64,000 nucleotides of DNA from Octopus sinensis (lineage: Eukaryota): the NCBI RefSeq assembly GCF_006345805.1, contig NC_043007.1, positions 30,814,001 to 30,878,000 of the forward strand, written 5' to 3'. The notes beneath the pieces were generated by a model. That model saw only the letters and a list, made by a program, of their open reading frames with translations, was not told where the DNA came from and did not search any database. Positions within the stretch are counted from its first letter, which is position 1. Each line of letters starts with the position of its first letter. A program made the position numbers and the translations under genes. Shown piece after piece: positions 1 through 13,074 of the stretch.

Positions 1-494
1 AATGAAAGCTTTTTTACATGACATGAGCACAGGTGCTTTTTATGTGGTGCCAACATGGGTCCTATTCATAACACTCAGACTATACACCTGTACACACATA
101 TATATATATGTATGCACGTATATAAAAATAGATATGTGTGTGTGTGTGTGTGTGTTTAAGCATAGTGAACTGAGCACATTTATGTCAAAGAGAAGACTTT
201 GTATGATTGTAGAGTAACAAAGATCACCACAGAGGAAACTGCAAGTCACTGTGACGTATTGGATTTTCTTATGTCCACTGAATACACATACGGAAAAAGA
301 TTAATAGCTATGTGTGTCTACATGATTGTATATATATATATATATACACACACACATCAGTGTATTGATAGACAAGCAAGCTGGTGGAGAGATATTAATA
401 GTTTGTTTTACAAAGACATATTGCTGTCTAAGTATATGTACGTGTGTATATGTAAATATATATATATATATATTGTTATTCTTTTACTTGTTTC

Positions 495-675
495 AGTCAT
501 TTGACTGTGGCCATGCTGGAGCACTGCCTTTAGTCATACAAATCAACCCCAGGACTTATTCTTTGTAAGCCTAGTACTTATTCTATTGGTCTTTTTTGCT
601 GAACCACTAAGTTACAGGAGCGTAAACACACAAACATTGGTTGGCAAGCGATGTTGGGGGGACAAACACACACAG

Positions 676-729
<54 letters not shown>

Positions 730-875
730 TATATATATATATATATATACGATGGGCTTCTTTCAGTTTCCGACTACCAAATCCACTCACAAGGCTATAG
801 TAGAAGACACTTGCCCACTGCATGGCACCATGTGGTTCGTAAGCAAGCTACTTACCACACAGTCACTCCCGCACC
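495..875 (-). mobile_element. tRNA-derived SINE, CORE-like family A
   Basis: Reverse complement of the 22980-23388 copy (degenerate head gcgggagtgactgtgtggtaag, gggcaagtgtcttctac core, ccagcatggccacagtc tail); internal CA/TA microsatellite. Confidence 0.85.
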
Positions 876-1062
876 TATATATATATATTTTAAATCGGTG
901 TGCTTCAGCCCTAGGTTTCAGTTATGAACCTACAAATGCTAAAGTTGCAAGGAGCTGAATCACACTGTTTTAAATAATCATATCAGTAACTCTTACTAAT
1001 AGTACCTTGGTTTTTGAACAACTCTGATCACAAATAAATTGTGCTTCGTATATATATATATC

Positions 1063-1140
<78 letters not shown>

Positions 1141-1250
1141 CAGAGAGAGATATACATATAATATTATATAATATATATATGTATATATAGGTAGATAGAG
1201 ATAAAGCACGATTTATTCGTGATCAAAAAGTGGAGGTGCTACTGCATGTA

Positions 1251-1300
<50 letters not shown>

Positions 1301-1330
1301 AGGAGAGAGAAAGATATATATATAATTGTA

Positions 1331-1527
1331 CAGGGTACAATTATACTTAAGGGCGCAAAAAGTTGTTATGCCTTCATACGGAAAGGAGATGTCGAATTTG
1401 TCCAACCATTTTAAATGTCCACTCCAGGTGTGCATACAAGTTGGAAGCAGGAAAGTAGACTGACCAAAAATTCATAAAATATTTCAGCTATAAATAATAA
1501 CAACAACAACAATAATAATAATAATAA

Positions 1528-1575
<48 letters not shown>

Positions 1576-1731
1576 TGAATTATTTTATGAATTTTTGGTC
1601 AGTCTACTTTCCTGCTTTCAACTCATATGTACACCTGGAGTGGACATTTAAAATGGTGGGACGAATTCAACATCTTCTTTCAGCATGTAGGCATAACAGA
1701 TTTTTGTGCCCTTAAGTATAATTGTACCCTG
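1331..1731. mobile_element. Tc1/mariner-type fold-back MITE
   Basis: 157-bp inverted arms (1331-1487, 1575-1731, ~90% identical), begins CAGGGT and ends ACCCTG, TA on both sides, (AAT)n spacer. Confidence 0.8.
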
Positions 1732-2861
1732 TACAATCAAATATCTCTATAGATGTATTTTACCTAAAAGGGTTTTCATATGCTGGTCACTGATAAAATT
1801 CATTAATTTTAATGACTTTATCCTGTAATTGTGTTTATATATATTATAAACATATATATATACATGTATATATATGTGTGTGTGTGTCTGTCTGTCTACA
1901 CACATATATATATATAATCATTCTTGGACAAGGATATTATTGACATTGATTTTGAAGTTTCAAACCACTTAAGCTGTATGTGCGTGTATACACACACACA
2001 AACACATAAAAAGTAGGGGAAAAGATAGATTCAAATGTGGGTGGATGAACAGACAGACCCACGGATACTGACACTTTAATATAGATATATATAAATATAT
2101 ATTTACGCACGAAGAGAAATAGATCCAGCTATAAATATCTATGGATACATATGTGTGTATATAAATATATATGTACACACACACACCTATAAAGATTTAT
2201 ATAAACACAAAGATTTACACATAGATAAGAGATAGTTACACACGTACACACACACACATATATATATACACACACACACACATATATATATATACACACA
2301 CATACATTAAATACACACAAACAAAGACTGAGAAAGTTTGAGAAAATAAACAGAAAAGAAATAACAAACTTCAATATTCACCATTCTTTCAGTTGGTTTT
2401 CCTTGTGAAAGGTAAATAAGTGGAAATATATAAACTTGGATAATAAACACAACTAGTGCTACTACTATTACTAACAAACACTGTTGTTACTGCAACACCT
2501 TAACGAGAGAGAGTGACAATGAACAAGAACAGCAGGTAGGCTGGGCGTTGTCTAGCACTGTTGGTCTCACAGGGAAATAAGGTCAGCAACTGAAGGTATG
2601 AAGGAAAGTTTAATAAAGAAATACTACCACCACCACCACCACCACCACTGTCCTATTTCTCTCACACATACACACACAATCTTTTGTGAATGTGTGTGTG
2701 TGTGTGTGTGACCACACCTCTCTCTACTACAAAGGCGTAGAAAGACAGTGAGAAACAATGTGACCGCTGGATCTGCTAGAAATATGTCCCAACTATCACC
2801 TTTCTGTGTCAAATTAGGAAGAATGCAAAAGGACAAGGGAGTCCTAAATAGCCCCTTAATG

Positions 2862-3192
2862 AACCACATGGTTCCAGGTTCAGTCCCACTGCGTGGCACC
2901 TTGGGCAAGTGTCTTCTACTATAGCCTCGGGCCGACCAAAGCCTTGTGAGTGGATTTGGTAGACGGAAACTGAAAGAAGCCCGTCGTATATATGTATGTC
3001 TGTAATATGTTTGTGTGTCTGTGTTTGTTCCCCCAACATCACTTGACAACTGATGCTGTTCCCGTAACTTAGCGGTTTGGCAAAAGAGACCGATAGAATA
3101 AGTACTAGGCTTACAAAGAATAAGTCCTGGGGTCGATTTGCTCGACTAAAGGCGGTGCTCCAGCATGGCCACAGTCAAAAGAGTAAAAGAGA
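2862..3192 (+). mobile_element. SINE family A, 5'-truncated
   Basis: Collinear with 22980-23388 from aaccacatggttcc to the aaagagtaaaagag tail. Confidence 0.85.
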
Positions 3193-4079
3193 GTAACCAT
3201 GGCTAAGTTGCCCATAAGTTGCCAGGTCAGCTGGAGCAAGGCTGGTCTTGTGATTTATTTAATGAAATGGTGAATTATTTAAAACGATGCGTTTGTTGTT
3301 GGTCAGGCTTGGATTATTGAAACGCAACAAGTTTATAAAATGTTTGGTTTTATTTATTAAATAAACACTGACTAAAGAAAGAGCACATTGGATTAATGTT
3401 GTCATGGATACACTGTGCCTGGATAATAGACAGCAATGTCATGACTGGAAAGCTTTTGAGCTTAAGTCTCCTTGTTCAGAGCTGACCTCCGGCTAAACAA
3501 CAAGGATATAGTCAACAGGTTGTGCCTCTATAGTGGATAGCTTGCTCAATCCTGCTGGAAATAGCAGCCAACAGTCCTTCAAACAACAACTTGTTTAACA
3601 ATGTAAAGGAGACACTGAATAATGTAGTCTTAGATACACTACGTCTAAATAATCAACAAGATGGTCACATTTGGAATGTGTTTGATCATAGGACTTATAA
3701 ATCAGGGCTGAACCAAGATAAAGGACCAATAAGAAAGGAGGGTCCCATGTGATGATGTAGTCCAAAATACACTATATCTAAATAATCAACAAGATGGTCA
3801 CATTTGGAATGTCTCTAACGAAGAGGGTTCCATTGATCAAAGCTAAACTACAATTAACCACCAACATTTATTGTATTGTTTTTGGAGATGAAGAATCTAT
3901 AAAATGTCACACAAAATGTTTTGTCATGTTTGGTTCTGAGTTCAAATCCTACCAAGGTGAACTTCACTTTTTATATTTCCAAGGCCAAAAACATGTACCA
4001 GTCATGTACCAGGGTCAATAAAATTGATTACACTCTTCCTTTGCCTACAACAGACCCATAAGAATTGTTACCAGGCCAG

Positions 4080-4265
4080 ACACAATGCTTCGCAGCATTT
4101 TGTCCATCTTTACGTTTGGAATTCGAATTCTGCTGTGGTTGACTTTGCCCTTCATCCTTTAGAGGGGTCGATAAATTAAGTACCAGTGAAACACTGGGGT
4201 CGATGTAATCAACTACCCAACTCCTCACCAAATTTCAGGCCTTGTGCCTTTAGTAGAAAGGATTA
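4080..4265 (+). mobile_element. tRNA-derived SINE family B (Meta/Sauria-like central domain)
   Basis: gttgactttgcccttcatcctttagaggggtcgataaattaagtaccag core; collinear with 43735-43950. Domain name is tentative. Confidence 0.75.
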
Positions 4266-4760
4266 TTACCTTCGCCTTGGCGAAGCCGGAAGTATTGTTT
4301 TCAGTTGTATTGGTTTGTCTGTGGACAAGATATTTCAAGAACCACTGGATAGATTCAGATGAAACTTTCAGGGATGTTTCAGACTGGCACAAACTGATTA
4401 AAGTTTGGGATTGATCCGGTACTGGACAAGGATTCTGGATTATTTTTTATATTTTCTTTACATGTATATGTAAAACTTCACATAGTTCTCTTGTACACAC
4501 ACACACACATACACACATATACTCACACATTTTCAGCTTTGACCCATTACCATCCCATTTCCATACACACACACACACAAACATACCTCTCTTTTACACA
4601 CACATATACTCATACTTCAAACGCTGTCGTTTATCAGCTTTTTCACTCCTTCCTTTATTATTCATCTATCACCCTTTCCTTTCTCATTCATACAATGCTC
4701 TCTTTGCCATTTATCTCCTCTCCCTTCACCTCTCACTCTAGCTCTATTATTTATATATAT

Positions 4761-4900
4761 AGGAAGGGCATCCAGCCGTAGAAACACTGCCAGATCAGAC
4801 TGGGCCTGGTGCAGCCTTCTGGCTTCACAGACCCCAGTTGAACCGTCCAAACCATGCTAGCATGGAAAGCGGACGCTAAATGATGATGATGATGGTGATG
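4761..4900 (+). mobile_element. short retroposon with (GAT)n tail
   Basis: aggaagggcatccagccgtagaaac...gcatggaaagcggacgctaaatgatgatgat; related copies at ~5762-5885 (-) and ~7815-7910 (+). Confidence 0.65.
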
Positions 4901-4931
<31 letters not shown>

Positions 4932-6118
4932 AATATATAAAAAGACAATGCTCATTATTATATTAGATTATACATACATATATACATAATTCTATACATC
5001 AATCTAAAACAATCTAAAAGAGGGATACTGAAGGAAAACCGGAATTTAAAACCACAATACAGTATGCATTTCATTACAATTATAATTTTTATATTCCATT
5101 ATGTTTCTCTACCAAAGTCGCTGTTGTATTTCAGCCAGTGTTTCCAAAACTTTTACGAAGTGACTCCCTAAGACTTATCGACACGTGTGCGCTCAAGTCA
5201 TGCAAATATTTTCATTACCCAAATGACACATACAAACAGCATTACAAACACAGCTGGCGCACCCACTTGCACATTCCATGTCTCCCATTGGGATCGATCA
5301 GGTACCGGACAAGGTATATGGATTATTCTCGTTTGTGAGAGCAGTCAAGTTTATTTCAGATATTCCCATTTTAAAAAACCATCTCTGGCTAATCGTTGAG
5401 AGGACATTGAGAGGACGTTAGTATTGCCTTGGTGGAGGTTTGCGCTCTTTGAGTGCTCGTTATTATTATTATTATTATTATGGCAATGGTCAGCAAATTA
5501 TCAAAGTTAACACCTTGTGGTGTTTTCCTCACATCCCTCTCTGATCCAAGTTCAACTCTGAATTCCATTTCTGTGAGAACAGTAAACTGAAGAAGTGCCA
5601 TCTTTTAATTGCCTGTGACTCCATCTGGATGAAAAAATGTGCAATGTTGAACTCTGCTAAAAAAGACCATTATCGAGGTCAGTGTGTGACCATGTGCTAT
5701 TCTATCAATCATCAGTTCTTTTGTCTATTCAGGTTCAAATCATGTTGGTGGCAATTGAAATTCATCATCACCATCATCATCATTTAATGTCCATGTTCCT
5801 TGCTGGCATGGATTGGACTGAGTTGGATGTTTTGCTTTGGCAGAGATTCTACAACTGGCTGCCATTCCTGATGCCAACCACTTTACAGAGTGGACTGACA
5901 TCTTTTTTATATGGCACCAGCACAGGAACTCCTTACATGGCACCAGCACAGGAACTTGTCATGTGACACCAGCAGGGGAGCTTGTCATGTGATGCCATAA
6001 TAAATAAAAGAATGCATACAGGTTAATGTGTGTATGTATGTATGCGTATATATATATATATATATATATATACATACATACATACACAGATATATACACA
6101 CACACACATACACACATA

Positions 6119-6420
6119 GTGAAGGTGCATGGCTTAGTGGTTAGGGTGTTGCACTAACCATTACGAGATCGTGGGGTCGATTCTCAGACCAGGTGTTGTG
6201 TTGTGTTCTTGAGCAAAGCACTTCATTTCATGTTGCTCTACAGTCATTTCGTCACCTGACATGTGAGACACGGTGCACCTGTACAGGTAATGCCACTTTC
6301 ATGGAGGGAGTGAGCTTATCTCTACACAAACATTTGATCATTATAAAACAAATCTTCTCTGTGGTTGTTTGGGAAGAAATTGGAGAACCCTCATACATCG
6401 TCTAACAATGGAAGAGTCCA
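6119..6420 (+). mobile_element. tRNA-headed SINE, group C variant
   Basis: Head gtgaaggtgcatggcttagtggttaggg with B-box-like ggggtcgattc; body gttcttgagcaaagcacttcatttc shared with 23710-23970. Confidence 0.75.
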
Positions 6421-8579
6421 AGATATATACACATACACACACACATCACATAAAGATTACAGAATATACAAATACATACATACAGTACACAAAACACACA
6501 CATTTTTGTAAAAGAGAGATTTATCATTTCCTCATTGTCATTTTTAGGGTTTCAAGTAAAGGTGTACTCACTTTTGTAACGTAACTCTGTCATGCTATTT
6601 CTTTTGCCTAGAATTAACCAATATCTAATATTTCTTTTCAGCTTCCAGCATTACAAAAAATGTGTCTTACTGGATGGTCATGGCTGAAAACACCTTTGAT
6701 CATAGGACTGCAGTTCAAGATGAACCCAGAGCTAAATAAGAAAACAAAAATGTATGGTGGACAGGACATTCTGACGAGTCATTTCAGCAGGTTCTGTGCC
6801 CATGAAGAAATAACAGCTAAATTTTCCTCAAACTGGACGATATAGTCCCTGATATAAAAGACGGGATGGTCGTAGCTAGAATGCCTTTTATTAAAGTTCT
6901 TATTTAATCATGTCTGTCCTGGAGGTGAACAAACTTTAAAGATTAAATCCTGCAACAAGACGGCTGCACATTGACGTATGCACACAAGCATACAAGTGCA
7001 AACATGTAGAAACAGCAAGAAAACAATGCAGTACAGTAAGATTGGATCAATAGATCCGGATTATGGACGGATTAGCTGCTCAAATATAAAACAAGACCAT
7101 CCAATGGATATAAACAAATGCTAAACTAGGAAACCTCTTTGTTGCAGCTGACCTGCCAAAAATAGCAACTAAATCGCCCTCAAATCATATTCTAACTTAT
7201 TAAATAAACATCAGCTTAGTGTAGTCATATAACAGTAACAACAGATGTGAAGGTCATGGCTAGAATGCCTTTGATCATAAGCTGGCTCAGTTAACTACCA
7301 CTACAATCATCATCAACAATATTATGACCATCCAGCTCCACCAACAACTTTTCCATGACCAACACCACAGGAATAATCATGGTGGGAACATCTTTGATCA
7401 CTGCTCTACTGTAGCAGGGGGCTGACCTGGGGCTAAATAAAAACAAACTCCATCTCAGTGGCCTACAAAAAATGTAATAAGTTCAGTTCCTCGTGTTCCA
7501 ATCCACTAATAAAACAATGGAAGTGATGGCTTTCATACAGTGACCAGTGTCCACACAAGATTTCATTCCGGACAACAAACCAGGACCCCAATATGAACTC
7601 ACACTATAGGAATGACAGAAGAGGCCTACACAGAGGGGCCTAGACCCTAACCCTACACAGCATTGGATTGGAGAACCTGGTAGAGGCAGCAGTCAAATCT
7701 CCCTCACATCACACTTAAAAAATGTAGGGCACAATGCATAATGTTGTTATATGAAATGATGGGCTGGTCACGGATGGAACCCCTTTGATCAATTATTGTT
7801 GAAGAGATTCAGATTGGAGCCTGGTGCAGCCATCTGGCTTGCCAGTCCTCAGTCAAACCATCCAACCCAAGCCAGCATGGAAAAGCAGACGTTAAACAAC
7901 GATGACAATGACGAGAGGTTAAGCAAAAGAAACCTGACATACTCCAGGGACCAAGCTACAAGTAAGAGGGCCAGATCCATCTGACTGAACCCTATCACTG
8001 AGATGCAGGTTGATTTTATTTAGCCCTAGGTCATGTGTGTGTATTCTCATACCAGAAGGAAGGTGATCGATCAAACTGCTAGAAATAGCAGTCAAATCTA
8101 AGTCAACATACTGTCATTACATTTCATTTTCACTGGAATGCAGGAGCAGACTAAGTCATCAGTCAATCAGGCACTGCCCGAGGGCCCAGAGCTCTAAGGG
8201 GCCAGCACTCTACATGTTAACTCTAGAAAAACATGCATTCAAAGGGGCCCGGTAAACAGTTATGCCCGAGGACCCTTAATACTCTCAGTGCACCCCTACT
8301 GGAATGGGTGGCGCAGTCAGACAGGATCCAATGGATCAAAGGACCACTTCTTGCCCCAATGTCACAGTTTTGACAGGACTTCTGCAGCCGAGTGCCCTTC
8401 TTATTGCCAACCACTTGACAGAATGTAGCGGCTGCATCTTCCATGACACTGATGCTAGTGGGGTCACCCTGTAATTCACAAGATTAAAAGCTCCCCTTTG
8501 CCTGAGATGGAATAAAGGAGAGAGAAAGGTTGCTTTGAAGAAAAAGTGTTGAAAGGTTAGTGTATGATGAGGGGAAGGC

Positions 8580-8790
8580 AGCGAGATGGCAGAATCATTA
8601 GCACACCGGACAAAATGCTGGGCAACACTTCATAAGTCTTTACGTTCTGAGTTCAAATTCCACCAAGGTCAACTTTATTTTTCATCTTTGCAGGGTTGAT
8701 AAAATAAGTACCAGCTGAACACTGGGGTCCATGTAATCAACTTTATCCCCTCCCCAGAATTTGCTGGCCTTGTGCTAAATTTTGAAACTG
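8580..8790 (+). mobile_element. SINE family B
   Basis: gatggcagaatcattagcacaccgg...gagttcaaattccaccaaggtcaac...gataaaataagtaccag. Confidence 0.8.
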
Positions 8791-9022
8791 ATATATAATG
8801 GGAGGAATAAAGACAGGTCTGTTGTGGGTGAGATTCATGGCTGCTTCACATTTTAGGTGGGGTGGGTGGGGTGGAGCCACAAAGAGAGGTAAAAGTGGGG
8901 GGGTGAGATGCCAGAACATACTCTGAAGGTAATATGTCCAAGAAGGTGAATGGACGAGAGCATGTGGAGAACAGGAGAATCAGCAAGGGTGGGCAAGGCT
9001 GGAGGAGAGTAGAAAGAGAAAG

Positions 9023-9071
<49 letters not shown>

Positions 9072-10446
9072 CAAGCTTGGAGATGTGGTGGATGCAGTGA
9101 ATGGTGAATGGGGGGGAGGTAGATCAATGGTAAACCAGGAGGAAGGAAATCATAAGAATGATGGATGGCAGTTGGGAGTAGTTTAGAGAAGAGGAAGTGA
9201 TGACTGGCAGCCAAGAAATGAAGACATGAAACAGTTTGTAAGTTCATTAATTGCAGCAACAGAATAATGCAGTAGATAGGAGAGTGATGGAGTGATAGGG
9301 GGGGCGAGGAGTGGAGTTAAGGTTGCAAGGAAGAGTGGTGGGGTGAGAGTAAGAGGAGGTGAAACTGATAAGGGACTGGATAATGGTAAAAAAACAAAGG
9401 TAAATAGGGATGGGGGTGACATCTGTGTGAGGGAAAGGGAAGAAAAATATGCAGTTGTAGACTTGAAAAGGATGTTGAGTGAGGGACCAAGTTGTGTTCA
9501 GACACATTATTTTCTAAGACCTTCAGAAGTCATGTCATGTTAACATGAATGACGGGTGGATGGGCGGGTGGGGGAGATTGATTCTTGAGTACTGTGTATC
9601 GGCAATCATGTTGGTCCTCTGGCAGGTTTCCCACGAGGCCCCACCATAAGTGTGGAACGAAATGTGCTTAAGGGGTGCAAACCCAGTTTTTCAGGAGGAT
9701 ATTCAAAAGCCCTACGAAAATTGCAAGGGGTACGCTTCCACCCCTGCACTCCAGCCTATGGGTTCAACATAAATGAAGAGGACACACAAACTAATAGAGT
9801 CCTAGAAACTCAAAAAAGCCAAGGTGGTCAACTTTGGAATGGCTTGGATCGTCGTACTTTTGTTAGAAGACTTCAAGGCTCACCTGGAACTAAGTTTTAA
9901 CACTTTACTTCATGTCCTATGAACATAAACCTCGGTTTATAAATTGTGTCAACTGTTTGGCGTTTGGGTGAGTTTTCTGGCATGTCTGTTTATTATTTAA
10001 CTTTTACCGAAACCAAAACAATCACTAGTTTCTTGAGATTACAACTAAGAATACAGGTGCAGGTGTGTGTGTGTGTGTACTTTGATGTTGAGAGAGTTTC
10101 GTCAACACACGTGACGAATATAAAATACACACGGAATGACGTGTAGGTACAAGTATACACTCACACACGCGCGTCTTCGTTCACTTCCTCTACATAAACC
10201 TGTTTGTTTCGTAACCAAACGCCCACTATTTCAGGTTGTAACTGGATTTCAGGTGTGACTAACACACACACACACATCAATTTAGACAGACAGACAGACA
10301 GATAGATAGATGTGTGTGTGTGTGTGTGTGTGCATAGAGAGACACCGTGTGTTTGTGATTGCATATGCGCGTTGCAGGGGCTGGAATGGTAACGGATGTA
10401 GTAAATAATATATTAACGGACATCTATTTTGACTGTATGTGATGTG

Positions 10447-10483
<37 letters not shown>

Positions 10484-12509
10484 AGAGAGAGAGAGAGAGA
10501 GACGGATAAGCAGAGCTAGCCATGTGTGCCAAGTACGCTCGTCTGTATGTGTGTGTATTATATACATGTATGTAATATATGTATATGATCATTAAATGTC
10601 CCGTCTGTATAGCAAGTGTGTCCCACAATATTCTCGTAATGGATGAAAGATTCAAATTCCATGCGGGGGGGGGGATACCAAACCGAAATCGGAGCGGAGC
10701 CCTAACCTTGTTATACTCAACTCGGACATAAGCTCAGAGACATACTCATCTCACAGCTCAGTCTAAATCAAACATTGAGGCCCAATGGGGGTGTGGTGTA
10801 CCTGTGTGGTAACAGCACAAGTCCCAAGAAGATAGGCAGGTATTATAGTTTAAAGACATTCGGTTTCTCCTTGGTTTCTGGTGATTAAAAATGTTTTAAT
10901 CCCAGGCAGCAAAATATATTACAGAATTAATAAAAGATTTTGGTTCTCTTAGCTTCAACTAATGTGTAGTATGTACCTAAACATGCTCTCGTCCTCTCTT
11001 TGAATATCGGAATTTTATTAGAACAGAGAAGAACAAGCACGATGTAAACAAGGAAAAATCAGCTCCTAAAAATTCTTCATAGAAGCACCGAAAACCTGAA
11101 GGTTGTGTCGGTTTGACTCTACGAAAAAATGGTGTGTGTGTGTGTGTATATATATATACGCGCGTGCGCGCCAACATGCATAGCAGCTATGTAAGGAGCG
11201 TCCGTATGTGTGTGTGTATATATATATATATAGGTGAGATAATGTATACAAGAAAATCCGTAAGGTGTGCGTACAGACAGACAACCATATATATATGTAG
11301 CGTGGATCGGTGATATCCTCACTGTATGACAGAGATACTAGAAATGATCTTTCGGCTGCTTATATATACATATATATAGGCAATATATACAGAGGCTATA
11401 TAATGTATGCATAGAAAATACGCAAGGTGTGCGTAAAGCACACACACATGTTGAAACTATGTTACGTGTATATATATATATATATATATACATACACGCA
11501 TTTCGACTCTGCTAATTGAATCAGAAACTGTAATGTTAGCTAATACAGGTTCCATATGTCAACAGGTAGAAACGGATTAATTACAAAATACACCACAATG
11601 GAGATATATTGTATTACACGGCACCGTGTTTTACAACATTACAATCGACTATATACCCTACCACAGATATTTACACGTCTATCTTGGATTACATAATGTT
11701 ACCTTGAAGGTAATGTAAAGCGACAGCTTGTCTGCAAATGGTATAAACAAACGGATAAATACGTATGGATAGATTGTTTTAATTTCCAAGCGGAATCGGA
11801 AACCAAAATAACAATATTCAGTAGATTTATAAAGAGTTTATATATTATATATTGTGGATCAATCTTGGTATTTTTCCATGTCTTCGATCGCAAAATATAT
11901 TATTCTTCAGGTGAATGCGATTCGAAATAATGGTCTGTTTGTCTTTGGAACTGAGAGAGAAGCAAGGAAGGCGAAGTGAAACCGTTTCTAAGTGAGTGTT
12001 GTATGGAATAACAAATGACATCTGACTTACCTGGATGCTTGATCAAAGACAGGGAGGGTTGTTGTGATGGAACAGGACCACTGCAACGGTGTCTAATGTC
12101 TTGTAATATTAAAGAACTGAAGACGATCCAGCCAAACGTTGAAACGTGACGAGGCGGTGGCGGGAATTGATTGATGTTGTTGTTGTTGCTTACCTCCCTT
12201 GGATCTGGACCTTCCTCACACTACTACTATTCTCCCCCTCTCTCTATTTTTCTGTTATTATTATTATTATCTGCTTCCCAACACCCACTTCCTACCATTG
12301 TTTGGGTTTCCTCTTACTTTTACTCCCCATCCTCCTCCTCCGTCTCTCTGCCTTGCTCTCTCGTCCTCTCTCTACCACTCCTTCTTTTATCTTCTTCCTC
12401 TCCCTCTTTTTCTGTCTCTCTCTCTCTCTCTTTCCCTCCCTTTCTCTTTCTCTGACTCTCTCTGCACACACATATGTGTATGTGTGTGTGTGTGTATGTG
12501 TGTGTGTGT

Positions 12510-12725
12510 GTGTGCGTGTTTGTCCCCCACTACAACTCAACAACCGGTGCTGGTGTGTTTGCGTCCTCGTACCCTAACGGTTCGGCAAAAGAGCGATCGA
12601 TAAAATAAGTAAAAGGCTTTTAAAAAATGAAGTGTTGGAGTCGAGTCGTTCGACTAAAATTCTTCAAGGCGGTGCCCCAGCATGGCCGCAGTCACGAAAG
12701 ACTGAAACAAGTAAAAGATAAAAGA
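12510..12725 (+). mobile_element. SINE family A, 3' half
   Basis: aacggttcggcaaaagag...aaggcggtgccccagcatggccgcagtc...aagtaaaagataaaagat. Confidence 0.8.
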
Positions 12726-13074
12726 TTAACAGATTAGAAAATAAAAGCAAGGACGAAATAGAAAGAAATCATTTTGGACCTTGGCACCGTCTCGGCCATG
12801 TTTCTTCTCACTGATAACATAATGTGTAACTCGTATAAATATCGAACCTGATTTCAAATGTCTCATTTCTACGAAAACTCATGACCCTTCCAGACATCCA
12901 ACAAACCCATTCGTCGTCCCCTCTTCAACACACAGCTCCCTCAAGGGATGTTATCGTTCGAGTTAAGAAACCTTAATTTAATGTATTTTTCCTTCTTGTT
13001 TAAACCAAGGTCAACCTGATCCCGTGGATCAATGATCAAAAGCGTCTCAGTCGTGACCATCCCGTCTCATATTC

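Larger units (their letters stand above)
3430..7445 (+). repeat. cluster of old, diverged retroposon 3'-end remnants
   Basis: Recurrent degenerate motif gatggtc(a/g)tggctagaatgcctttgatcatagg...gctgacctggggctaaa at ~3440, 3660, 6670, 6865, 7250 and 7380; related pieces at ~13030 (-) and ~14285. Confidence 0.55.

Noticed and set aside
5135-5311. Possible plus-strand coding exon
   Set aside because: One open frame but no recognisable protein motif and a weak donor.
8830-9540. Purine-rich stretch with a TFLDIL-like peptide suggesting Penelope RT
   Set aside because: Similarity too short and interrupted to assign.
11911-11991. Plus-strand 81-nt exon with good acceptor and donor
   Set aside because: Stops in all three frames; no other support for coding status.
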